DNA of 63,152 nt, filler included, from Octopus bimaculoides (taxonomy: Eukaryota), in NCBI RefSeq assembly GCF_001194135.2. It is 6 parts of 6 records of this genome, joined end to end, with 100 filler letters (N's around TTAATTAATTAA, not from the genome) between each part and the next. Parts side by side here need not be neighbours in the genome. Positions count along the whole stretch, not along the records: positions 1 to 15,897 come from NC_069005.1; positions 15,998 to 24,885 come from NC_068982.1; 4 more parts are not named here. One strand, 5' to 3'. Positions 11,501-21,349 of the stretch are shown one piece after another; position 1 is the first letter of the stretch, and each line of letters starts with the position of its first letter. The notes under the pieces are model-generated. The model saw only the letters and a program-made list of their open reading frames with translations. It was not told where the DNA came from and made no database searches. Position numbers and translations under genes: made by a program.

Positions 11501-12062
11501 TTCTTTCACAGACAACCAGCGTCGTGTGTTTAATCAAATTATCACAGCTATTGATGATGAACACCGTCCCAGCAGATTTTTCTTCTTAGATGGCCCGGGT
11601 GGTACAGGAAAAACGCACCTCTACAATACCTTGATATCGCATTTGAGTCGTCAAGGAAAGCATGTTCTCTCATTTGCTACAACAGACATTGTGGCTGATC
11701 TATTGCCCCAAGGAAGGGCTGTACACAGTGGCTTTAAGCTCCCAGTCCCTATCTTGGAAAATTCTACATCACTGATGAAGATTCCATCACAGCGCTCTGA
11801 AAAATTAAAATTAGCTGACCTAATAATAATTGATGAAGCATCAATGCTTTCAGGAAATGCATTGAGGTGCATTGATTTGCTGCTAAAAGAAATAATGAGC
11901 TGTCATCAGCCTTTTGGTGGTAAAGTTCTCCTTCTTGGCGGAGACTTTAAGCAAACTGCACCAGCTATTCCGAGAGGGTCAGATGCTATAATTGAATCTT
12001 CTGTCAAATATTCTCCTCTGTGGACAGATGCCACAATTTTTACTTTAACAGGGAACATGTGA
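8526..12062 (+). CDS. Helitron Rep/PIF1-helicase protein, 1178 aa, C-terminally truncated
   Basis: First ATG of track ORF 8514..12062; uninterrupted frame covering basic N-terminus, Zn-finger, Rep domain and helicase motifs I-III; ends at NM* where NMR is expected (likely CGA>TGA). Confidence 0.85.
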   Translation: MESAIERKRRLARERQRNCRARLSAEKSAAIRKQDRIREARRRKNETAFETDARRKYQREKILQRIANETEEETLQRQQKNANAMRAARVNNAGFIPDNYTYSENRVHIHNCGNMDSICQFCSGKHFSAEKPSDGRFNNCCHKGKILRPIRREFPPYLLSLLSDQNHPHYRNFQENIRSYNSLLSFASIGAQLQNPPGKGPFCFRVHGQIYHRASHIHPNEGKRRQNAQLYVVDSTQATEIRAQNHTNSGCLREVLENLVNIILSDNVYAHCFQTLHEIEVQEEQRTQEENIDMPRVNLVFNRDCINDRRRYNLPTVNEIAIVFRNEEGEPPFHRDFKVYPRNSEVPTINLDILSPELDPMTYVLFFPHGEPGWQPHMAGNRDDQQRQNISMLQHKISLTAVRDNEFNPLLHGGKLFQQWVVDSYLQVEAYNLNYIRTQQNHLKAEQHQGLADHLTNAANAEDARIGWTGSARNMREQYQDALAIVRKFGPPDIFLTMTCNPNWPEIQNNLFPGQTASSRPDLVARVFNIKLQELIIDVTKRHVIGRVVAHCYTIEFPKRGLPHARLLLIFHPEDKPNSAERIDKIVCAEIPDPETESVLYEIVKKFMIHGPCGEQNLNASCMENNDCSKGFPKQFQQETFKIPDSYPSYRRRPGSTLNIGQKVVDNRYVEPYNKYLSHKYNCHLSVEICTFIGSVKYVYKYIYKDYDSITVGISEHNEIKNFLDARYVSAPEGMWRLLEFKMHDKSHTIIHLPVHLPQEQPVYFEEGQERRALERAAQRNTPLTAWFLLNQKDENARQYLYGDIPYHYVYNKKMTQWTPRQRGADKIISEMCSVNPKYQERFYMRLLLLHVKGSRSFEELKTVDGVICSSYKEAAECRQLVQNDDECLEEASLTNMPNELRQLFAHICIFNNPVNPDVLFNNFEESLTEDFLKNHTRTISVQLALREIETTLSLYGLTCQKLHLPIDDMSLMNSQNVKQIQDDLEVEAQITSFTDNQRRVFNQIITAIDDEHRPSRFFFLDGPGGTGKTHLYNTLISHLSRQGKHVLSFATTDIVADLLPQGRAVHSGFKLPVPILENSTSLMKIPSQRSEKLKLADLIIIDEASMLSGNALRCIDLLLKEIMSCHQPFGGKVLLLGGDFKQTAPAIPRGSDAIIESSVKYSPLWTDATIFTLTGNM

Positions 12063-12898
12063 ATAAATGAACAAGAAGAATTCAATGCATGGCTTCTAAG
12101 CATAGAAAATGGAACAGTTGCTATGATGTGGGCTTAGATGAAAATCTAACAGAAATACCAAAAACCATGATTTCATCTGGAAATTTGATAAGAGACATAT
12201 TTGGCAAAAGACATTTCTGTAGTAAGGGCAATATTGTGAAATTTCTACAAAAATGGTTTTAACACCAAAAATCAAAGATTCAATCGAATTGAATACCAAG
12301 ATATTATCACTTCTAGATGGAGTCTTACAGATATATCAAAGTGTTGATGTGTTTGTTTGTTGGTTGATGAAAGCAATGAGAATATCGTGAATTATCCGGA
12401 AGGGTTTTTGAATTCTCTGATGCCCCCATACAATCAAACACTGAAGAAAAATTCCATTGTGATTTTGCTGAGAAATTTGGACACTGCTAATGGCTTGCTG
12501 AATGGAATTCGATTTTTGGTTTTTTTATCTCCTAATGAATTTTATATTCATGCAAAAAATCATTCCTGGCAGTAAAAAAGAAAATGAAGCTTTTCATACC
12601 ATGAGTTGACCTGCGTGCAAGTGAAATAGCTCTACCCTTCAATATAAGGAGGCAAAAGTTGCCTGAGATACCAGCTTTTGCCATGACCATAATCAAATCG
12701 CAAGGACAGAGCTTCGAAAAAGTTGGTATTTACTTGCCAGCTCCCATATTTAGTCACGGTGAGCTTTATGTGGCCTTAAGTCGTATAAGAAAGAAGGAAA
12801 ACTTTAAAATTCTTTTGAAGGAGACAAGCAGTCAAAGGATGTTAGTTGCGGAGAGATTTTTCACAAAAAATTTGGTAATAAAAGAATTATTAAACTAA
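12063..12898 (+). pseudogene. Frameshifted C-terminal half of the Helitron PIF1 helicase
   Basis: Fragments in shifting frames: INEQEEFNAWLLSIENG; VLTPKIKDSIELNTKILSLLDG; YPEGFLNSL...VILLRNLDTANGLLNGIR; PAFAMTIIKSQGQSFEKVGIYLPAPIFSHGELYVALSRI...TKNLVIKELLN*. Confidence 0.92.
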
Positions 12899-13390
12899 AA
12901 ATTTGGTTTNNNNNNNNNNNNNNNNNNNNNNNNNNNNNNNNNNNNNNNNNNNNNNNNNNNNNNNNNNNNNNNNNNNNNNNNNNNNNNNNNNNNNNNNNNN
13001 NNNNNNNNNNNNNNNNNNNNNNNNNNNNNNNNNNNNNNNNNNNNNNNNNNNNNNNNNNNNNNNNNNNNNNNNNNNNNNNNNNNNNNNNNNNNNNNNNNNN
13101 NNNNNNNNNNNNNNNNNNNNNNNNNNNNNNNNNNNNNNNNNNNNNNNNNNNNNNNNNNNNNNNNNNNNNNNNNNNNNNNNNNNNNNNNNNNNNNNNNNNN
13201 ATTTCCCTAAATTTTTAGTGTTTCCCACTTTTGGAGGGCTCGCATTTTGAAATTGGGTTTGTTGCAAGCCTTGGTATGGTTTTTTTTTTTTATCTCTGCT
13301 TTAAAATCAGAATCAATTGTTTTAAATTAGATATCTTTGAAAACTTAATGGTCAAAAATCTAAAAAAACAATTATGATAATAATAATAAT

Positions 13391-13500
13391 AACGAGCACT
13401 CAGAGAACAGAAACCTCTGCCAATGCAACACCAATGTCTTCTCGACAATTAACCGGAGATGATTTTTAAAATGAGAATATCTGAAATAAAATCTTTCAAT
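13391..13500 (-). mobile_element. 3' end of Helentron/HINE-like element (same family as 3700-4040)
   Basis: Revcomp TTTATTTCAGATATTCTCATTTTAAAAATCATCTC...TTGGTGTTGCATTGGCAGAGGTTTCTGTTCTCTGAGTGCTCGTT aligns with 3955-4040. Confidence 0.6.
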
Positions 13501-13668
13501 GAATATCATGAGACCTTTCGGTTTTCTCTTCTCATAAATTCCGGAATTCCATTAGTAATCTTGTTGTTTTAGATTTATGTATATATGTAAGTATACTGTA
13601 AAAGGTTAAAATGTATGTATAATCTCCTAATATAATAATGAGCATTATCTTTTTATATATTTGTATGC

Positions 13669-13714
<46 letters not shown>

Positions 13715-14260
13715 AAATGGAGCTGGAGTGAGAGGTAGTGCCCCAGGATGACCGCAGTCCAGTGACTGAAATGAGTAAAAGATAAAAGGCTATAATTATC
13801 CATTGTATCCGAGCCTTGCCCCACCTCATTCTGGAAACTGAGCTTTCAGTTAGGTCTGGCTGCTAGTTGTAGCATGATGTGAAACTGTAGAGGGTCCCTA
13901 ATTAGTTTGTAAGAGGAACAAAAAGTAACAAGGACTCCTCTGTTTAGCATTTGATTGACCGATCCAATTACTGAATTAATATTTAAGGAGTCGAGAACAG
14001 CAGACCAATGAACCGTTTATGTAATTCCCAGGAAATAAAATAATATGACACAAAACATCACAAAGCAAGATCTTTGGAGTTACAGTTGTGATCCATTTAA
14101 CACGGTTTCATAGTTTGTCTGATTTCACTTACAAACCCTGGATTGACTGGTGGCTGTAGTAAAAATACTTGCTCAAGATGTCATGCAGCAGGACTGAATC
14201 TGGCCTCATTGGGGATGTGAAGCAAACTTCTTTAACCACTCAGCCATATTAAATTGAGCA

Positions 14261-14477
14261 GAAAGGCAGTGAGCGGACAGAATTTTTGGCCCCGCCAGGC
14301 AATATGCTTGTAGGTATTTCATGTCTTTACTTTCTGAAGTCAAATTCTACCGAGGTTGACTTTGCCTTTCATCCTTTTGGAATCAATAAAATAAGTACCA
14401 GTTGTGTACTGGGTCAATATAATTGACTAAGACCCCTTCCCCTGGAATTGCTGGCCTTGTGCCAAAATTTGAAAGCA
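14261..14477 (+). mobile_element. tRNA-derived SINE family A, full-length with 15-bp TSD
   Basis: AGGCAGTGAGCGGACAGAAT...AAGTCAAATTC...GAGGTTGACTTTGCCTTTCATCC...ATAAAATAAGTACCAGTTG...CTGGCCTTGTGCCAAAATTTGAAAG; flanked by ATATTAAATTGAGCA at 14246-14260 and 14478-14492. Confidence 0.9.
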
Positions 14478-14585
14478 ATATTAAATTGAGCAAGGTGACA
14501 TGGTAACAAGGGACAACCACATGATAAAAACTTACAGAAATCAACTCTGATGGACTTCAAGTTTGGCCCAAGTAGAGGTCAGCAC

Positions 14586-14960
14586 AAGGCAGCGAGCTGG
14601 CAGAAACGTTAGCACACGGGGCAAAATGCTGAGCGATATTTCGTCTGTCTTGATGTTCTGAGTTCAAATTCTGCCGAGGTCAACTTTGCCTTTCATCCTT
14701 TTGGGGTCGATTAAATAAGTACCAGTTACACACTGGGGTCGCTAGTAAAGAAATAAGAAACGTTAGCATGCCAGGTAAAATGCTTAGCAGTATTTTGTCT
14801 GTCTCGACGTTCTGAGTTCAAATTCCGCCGAGACTGACGTTGCCTTTTGTCCTTTCAGGGTCGATAACCTAAGGATCAGTTGAGTACTGGGGTCAATCCA
14901 ATTGACTGGCCTCCCTCCCCCCAAAATTTCAGATTTTGTGCCTAGAGTAGAAAAGTATAG
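14586..14960 (+). mobile_element. Two head-to-tail SINE family A copies
   Basis: GGCAGCGAGCTGGCAGAAACGTTAGC...GAGTTCAAATTC...GGGGTCGATTAAATAAGTACCAG, then a second GAAACGTTAGC...GAGTTCAAATTCCGCCGAG...GTCGATAA. Confidence 0.85.
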
Positions 14961-15079
14961 GCCAGCACATACTGCAATAATGGAGAACTCCTGCAAATGA
15001 GACGACCATCACACCTCTGCTTAAATACTGGAGGTTCTCATGTCAGGTAGAGTCAAAGTCTTTGGTATCAAGGAACAGA

Positions 15080-15230
15080 CATGGCTGCATTGGTAAGAAG
15101 TTTGTTTCCCCAATTACATTGTTTCAAGCTTAGTTCTACTGAACAACTTTGGCAAAGGACTATTGTAACCCCAGGCCAACCAAAACCTTAGAAGTAGTTC
15201 TGATAGAGGGAAACTCTAAGAAGCCTGTCG

Positions 15231-15264
<34 letters not shown>

Positions 15265-15723
15265 AGCATGCATGTGTATGTCTGTTGACATTGCATGATA
15301 GTTGTAAATGAGTATCACTTTCATACAAGCGGTGTCTTTCATTTCTAATATCGATGACTGGCACCTGCGCCAGTGGAACACTAACAGCACCATCCGAGCA
15401 TGATCATTGCCAGAGCAGCTGTCTGGCTTCCGTGCCGGTGGCATGTAAATAGCACCATTTGAGCGCGACCGTTACCAGCATCACCTTATTGGCACATGAA
15501 AATACATTCAAGCGTGGCCATTGCCAGTACCGCCTCACTGGCCCTCATGCCAGTGGCATGTAAAAGCACCCACTACACACTTGGAGTGGTTGGCATTAGG
15601 AAGGTCATCCAGCTGTAGAAACTCTGCCAGATCAGAATAGAACCTGGTGCAGCCAGTCCTCAGTCAAACCGTCCAACCCATGCCAGCATGGAAAGCAGAC
15701 GTTAAACGATGATGATGATGATG
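15080..15723 (+). mobile_element. SINE family B head + microsatellite + internal subrepeats + RTE-like tail
   Basis: Head ATGGCTGCATTGGTAAGAAGTTTG; (TA)n; repeated GCC.GTGGCATGTAAA.AGCACC units; tail AACCCATGCCAGCATGGAAAGCAGACGTTAAACGATGATGATGATG. Confidence 0.75.
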
Positions 15724-15941
15724 ACTGCAAGGACATGTTTGGTTATTCGGGGAAATATTACTTTGCATGGAAACAGGAAAGGCATCCAGCTGAAGACATA
15801 CTCCCGCGATTAACTTTGTCTCACCCATGCAAGCATCGAAAAGTAGACGTTAAAATAACAGCTTTCAAAGCCACAACACAGATCTCCAGCGGACATGNNN
15901 NNNNNNNNNNNNNNNNNNNNNNNNNNNNNNNNNNNNNNNNN

Positions 15942-15953
15942 TTAATTAATTAA
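15942..15953. other. Artificial assembly linker TTAATTAATTAA inside a 100-bp gap (also 24930-24941, 48585-48596, 52101-52112, 54657-54668)
   Basis: Identical palindromic 12-mer, stop in all six frames, centred in 44N+12+44N gaps five times. Confidence 0.95.
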
Positions 15954-17229
15954 NNNNNNNNNNNNNNNNNNNNNNNNNNNNNNNNNNNNNNNNNNNNTGT
16001 GTGTGTGTGTGTGTGTGTGTGTATACATACATATACATATATATACATGTGTGTGTGTGTGTACGTGTGTGTGTATGTGTGTGTTTGCGTGTGTAGATAG
16101 AGAGAGAGAGAAACTGTACAAAAAATACTTAGTAATTTCTCTTCTTCGTTGCGTCTCTTTACACTCACATTGACTCTGCCTTTGTCCTAACGAAGTTAAT
16201 AAAATAAATACCTACCTAAATTCATTCTAAAATTTCAGTCGATATATTCAAGTAAAACTTTTGAATGTAGTGACTCAGTACAGCCGCAGTCCAATGACTG
16301 AGACCAATTTAAAGACTAAATTTAATATGAATATATTTTGTGTGTATGTGTATGTGTAATATCAGAGAGTAAACAGTTTTCATGTTATATTGGGAGCTTT
16401 CTTCGGTTAGGGTTGGCTATATATCTCCACGTTTATTTGTAGACTGAGAAAAGGGCTTTTTTTCATGCATGGACATCTCTGTTGGTTGTCCGTGCTTACA
16501 TATCTTTTCTGCATTGGACACTTTCCAAGGGAAAGATTGACACTTCATGGCCGATATAGCTTGGCACCGGTGTCACCACACGCATTGCTTTTCCGAACGC
16601 AAATCTCCAGAACAAATACTTCTGTAAGATATCCTGACCATCACTCTAACATTTCCACTAAACGACTGCTCTGTCTTGGTAATTTTCCTTCTTGACTCAA
16701 AAAAATAGAAGGTAAACTTTTTCAATTCACTTACTAGCAGCTTTTATTCGCTTACTAGCAGCTACTTATTCTCATCTTATTAGAAAATATCAATGAAGGA
16801 AAATTTGACATTAGCGAAGTTGATAAATCATCCTTATAAATAAATTAAAGCACAGAAGTATAGAGAATATTGTGTTTCATTGTTTATGAGATATTTTTGA
16901 AATATTAAACACCAGTTGGATATTTACAGTAAACGAATGTGTTTGCTTTTTGAATATTTCATGACAACGATGATAGTTTTGGTAAATGTTTCCTTGACAA
17001 TCAACAAAATTAGTTAATTCTATCAAAATAGTCCTCATCATTGTTGAGAGAAGATAAATTTAAACTATCGGAGATGTTAACTCTACAAGGACAGCTTCGA
17101 ATTTGCTTTATAACAGAAATGTAACAAAATCCAAAACAAAAAAGTGAAAACTTCTAAGATAAAAAAATATACTAGTGCACATAAAAAGCGAAAATAAAGT
17201 TTGTTGTTTTGTATGTGAAATAACAAACC

Positions 17230-17626
17230 TTTTATTTTTTACTTGTGTCAGTCATTAGGCTGCAGCCATACTGGCGCACATACTGCCTCGAACAGATCAA
17301 CCCCAGTAATTATTTTTTTTAAGTTTGGTACTTAATCAAACTCTTTCATTCTGCCGAACTGTTAAGTAAGGGAAACGTAAACAGACCAGCATCGGTTGTG
17401 AAGGGATGGGGAAGCAAACACAACACAAGGACACATACACACGCATACACCTATATAGGTAACGGGCTTCCTCACAGTCTTCGTCTATCTGTGAAACTGT
17501 TTCACAAAGCATAAGTGTAGTAAAAGAAACTTGCCCAAGGTCCCGCACAGTGGGATTGGACCCGAAAACACATAGTTGTAAAATGATCCCCTTAACAAAA
17601 TAGCTATGCCTGTGTCTGCGCCTATA
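17230..17626 (-). mobile_element. Full-length diverged SINE family B (head, microsatellite hinge, tail type A)
   Basis: Minus strand begins TATAGGCGCAG..., has GGGTCCAATCCCACTGTGCGGGACCTTGGGCAAGT, (TG) hinge, ACAACCGATGCTGGT...GACTGACACAAGTAAAAA. Confidence 0.8.
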
Positions 17627-18439
17627 ATCTTCAATATTTAAAATCATCTACCATGTTCTTCGAGACTCGCTAACAATTTCTACTAGGTTGAACCATTCTT
17701 CTTCTAAGTGGTATATTCCAGTTTCTTGGGAAATCTTTTTGCACGTCATTCAGTACGCTACCTAATAGTAGACTTAAATCCTTCTTGCAAAATGACACAA
17801 AGCGAGTTGAAGTCAGACGGTCGAATAAGCTACTCACAGAAACATGAAAATGGGTGAAAGCTTCGCTGACAAAATAGATATGACCGCAGTTAAGACGTTT
17901 GTTGTGTCAACTACTTGAAACATAATTTGATGGCGCTACACGGTGGCTGCAAGTGTCTTGGAACTTCGTATCAAACCAAATGTATTGTGCAAAAATGGGT
18001 AGGCAGAATCCTTGAGGAAACTTGTTCGACTGTATTTGTAACGCATTATTGTATGCACATAATGAGGTATTCAACAAAAATAAGTAAAGAAGCGGTAAAA
18101 ATGCCTTTTAGTATATTGCTACGCCATTGTGCCATAAGATCAAAATTATTCTTTCATCCATCCTTATTCGGTTGATGAAATAAATATCTCTTAAATATTT
18201 GAGAGGATTTAATATAACCAAGGCTTTACTGGTATCCATTTATCCATCATGAGTTGAAAGTTGATTACAGCGGAACTTGAGCTCAAAATTTAAAAAAAAC
18301 ACCAATAAACATCGCATGGATTTTGGTCACTAAACTGTCGTTTCTGCCACTCCATCATCTTAGTAACTATAATAACAACAAAGTTCAACCGAATGTTACA
18401 ACGGAGTACTGCTCGACGAACGAAGTGTTTCTTCTGCAG

Positions 18440-18850
18440 TGCTACTTCAGTACTGTTGCAGTGTGCCCACGGAACTGCTGAACACCCAGACATGATGGAC
18501 CGCATCCAGAGAAGGATCACCCGACTTACTGAGATTAAATCACTAACAAACACGTTACAGCCACAGGTGTGTTATCTCCTCCCTGCGCCTTTTCTATTGA
18601 CATATAATAGCTTCCTTTTTCCAGATCTGACTGGCGTTGTCCTTCTACTCAGGCAGCACTGACCAACTCATCTCTCCTCCGCAGGACACTCTTATTGCAC
18701 TCAACAACGGACCATTAACAGAATCAAGCTCACAGGCTTAGGCGGACCAGCAAAGATTACAACCATTAACTCTTCTTCCAATCGGCAAGTAAAAACAAAT
18801 GATTGAATTTCTTGAATGAATATATTTTCCCGGAATATCAAACCTACATT
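18440..18850 (+). mobile_element. Degenerate 3' region of a CR1/L2-like LINE ORF2
   Basis: DRIQRRITRLTEIKSLTNTLQP / VISSLRLFY*H / DLTGVV resemble the post-RT C-terminus of CR1-group LINEs. Confidence 0.55.
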
Positions 18851-19486
18851 TTGAGACGAAACGGTTTTATAAACGTTTACATCAACATTACGTCTCAATC
18901 GGCTTCATCTTCGATTGCCATCAAATGTCCTATTCCTAAATATATTCATAATGCTTTGACTGGATTCACGCCTGACTATGTTTACGACCAGAGAATAATA
19001 TGTTATGGGTTGCTCGTAATCAAGCAAGAGGAAATTGACACTATAGAAAAAAGATTAGGGGTCGAGCCAATTTATGTTCAACGAGTATCTAGCATAAGAT
19101 TACTGGGAACATGGCATCTCTTGCCATTTGTTAAAATATTTTTCTAGGGGATGTAACTATTGTCCTTAACTACCCTGGCAGCATAATCTCGAGGGAGGTC
19201 AGGTCTTGGAATGCAAGCAGAGTAGGAGAACATGTCGGAGCTGAAACGCTCACTACCTATGAGTACCTGTGAATAGGTCGATCCCGACAGTAAATCGAGC
19301 TGGAAGAGAGCTCAGAGGATATCCTATTCATTTCAAAGAGAACATGAAGATGTAACGACTGGTGGCTGTGTCAAACGCCATGAAAATATGAAAGTACTTA
19401 TTCATTGAATCAACCATTCAGATGCATATTCAGGAATAAAGATACCGGATGACGATCGGAGATCAAACTGGTCGTTACGAAGTGTA

Positions 19487-19590
19487 AATGGTTCCGGGTT
19501 TAATGCAATTGCGTGGCACCTTGGGCAAGTGTCTTCCACTATAGTCTTGTGAGTGGTTTTGGTAGACGGAAACTGAAAGAAACCCGTCTT
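19487..19590 (+). mobile_element. SINE family B fragment
   Basis: TGGTTCCGGGTT...GCGTGGCACCTTGGGCAAGTGTCTTCCACTATAG...GGTAGACGGAAACTGAAAGAAACCCGT. Confidence 0.85.
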
Positions 19591-20064
19591 GTATATATAT
19601 ATCTATATNNNNNNNNNNNNNNNNNNNNNNNNNNNNNNNNNNNNNNNNNNNNNNNNNNNNNNNNNNNNNNNNNNNNNNNNNNNNNNNNNNNNNNNNNNNA
19701 TATATATATATATAGGTATAAGTTAGAGGTGGTTAAAGACCTCTAAGGGATGGTTAAGTCTAAAGGCGCTCCGGGTGATTACCTGCCTAGGTGCAGTCCT
19801 TGGCAAAAGGTATACGGTAGCAGGTGATTCAGCGGGTAAACCGTAGTTTAAATTAAATTATATGCAAGAAGAAAATAGAGGAAAAATAGCACGAAGAGGT
19901 TGGTCGTTTACGCTAGTAAGCCATTAATTTAATTAATTAGAAGGTGTTTATAAGTCATTTAAGAAACACACGGAATTTTGTCAGTGAACAGATCGCGGTC
20001 TCAAAGCGACGAAAATATTTTAGCAAATTAAATTTAATCCTCTATAATCCTCAAAAGTATTAAA

Positions 20065-20205
20065 TCAACGTCGACTTCGGTGGAATTTGAACTCAGAACG
20101 TAAAGATGGACGAAATGCCGCTAAGCATCGATTTGTCCGGCGTGCTAATGATACAGCCTGCTATGATACAGCCTACTATGATACAGCCTGCTCGCCGCCT
20201 TAACA
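20065..20205 (-). mobile_element. SINE family A head with internal 15-bp triplication
   Basis: GTCGACTTCGGTGGAATTTGAACTCAGAACGT...; (CTA/A)TGATACAGCCTR repeated three times at ~20146-20192. Confidence 0.8.
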
Positions 20206-21349
20206 ACAATATTAATAATGATAATAAAGCAGATGTTGTAACCATGAATAACTATTTAAACAGGTTTAATCATTTGTAAGACATCTGTTAGTAATGATAT
20301 TTGCTTTATTTTATTGAGATTCAATATACGTAGAATATTTTCCAAAGAAAATACATTGATTTGACATGAAGGTTCGGTTTTGTTTCTACAGTAAGAAATA
20401 GAAGGTGGAGGAAGAAATTTCTTCAAGTATATAACTAAACAGAGAATTCACTTTATTTAAGTCAATATTTGAGCTTCTTTCTCAAAGCTATTAACTGTGA
20501 TGTCTGATTTGATTATTCACTTTATTGGTTGCAATAAATTGAAAAGATATCTCTAGAAGATTCGATAAAAAAAAGTCCTTGAAACTTGCTATATCATGAA
20601 TTTATAGTTAGTAACAGAATATATAACATTTGAATTCATAAAGAAATGTAAACTGAATATTGTTAGTTGTTTAAAGCCAATGAATGCTGGATATGACGAA
20701 TTGGGTGGCATTCTGATGCAGTGGCATCGCTTGAATAAAACTGTTTCAAATCATTTACGTTGCTAATGTCCTACGAAAAACCATTTCCAATTTCCTTTTC
20801 TCTAAAATATATTCATATAGAAACCATTACTATTTGTTTGAAAGGACATCTACAAACACCTTGGCAATCCAAGTCAAAACTGAGTTAACCAGCCAGAACA
20901 ATCTAACACGAATCACATCAATAATGCTCTCGGGAAAAGCACGATATGTATAATCTTTTTATCCTGTATATAACTCTGGTGGTGTTTCAAAATATAAGAA
21001 ATATTTTATGATTTGGTAAATTGTTCTCAAATATCCGTCTTTTCATCATAATCCACCACGCGTTGTAGTTTTTATTATCAGCAAGCTCAATTAGATCCAA
21101 TCTTTAAATTTCTTTTTCTCTGCATTTTCTTATCCTGACTCAATCTTTCTTCTTGGTTTCTCCTCTATTTCTAAATATCTCTTCGTTGCAATGTTGAAAA
21201 CACTTTAAACGTCACGCATCGTTTCAACAATAGACCTTCCCGTTTAATTTATTATGATCTTATTTTGTTTTTTGTTGTTGTTTTGTTTCTGCACGATTTC
21301 AAGTGTTTCGAATATGTTTCTTTTTATCTATCTAAATTATGGGTTTCTT

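Larger units (their letters stand above)
8526..12898 (+). mobile_element. Helitron (rolling-circle transposon) Rep-helicase coding region; termini not identified, 3' end probably in gap 12910-13200
   Basis: Zn-finger-like CQFC...CCHKGKI, YNSLLSFASIG, RRYNLPT, GGKLFQQWVVDSY, Rep motifs FLTMTCNPNWPEI / YTIEFPKRGLPHA / YVYKYIYK, PIF1 helicase motifs GPGGTGKT, IIDEASM, GGDFKQ, FAMTIIKSQGQS, FSHGELYVALSR. Confidence 0.97.

Noticed and set aside
11895-11915. Other CTGATGA cores (11904, 23740, 46121, 49435, 50435, 50585, 51590)
   Set aside because: No correctly spaced stem II plus GAAA, or no stem I.
8800-12299. Small ORFs overlapping the Helitron gene on both strands
   Set aside because: Shadow frames of the Rep-helicase ORF.
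13201-13330. Possible Helitron 3' terminus after the gap
   Set aside because: No GC-rich hairpin followed by CTRR is visible.
16440-18180. Possible Tc1/mariner remnants at ~16440-16700 and ~17700-18180
   Set aside because: Only a few residues resemble transposase; no TIR pair or clear catalytic motif.
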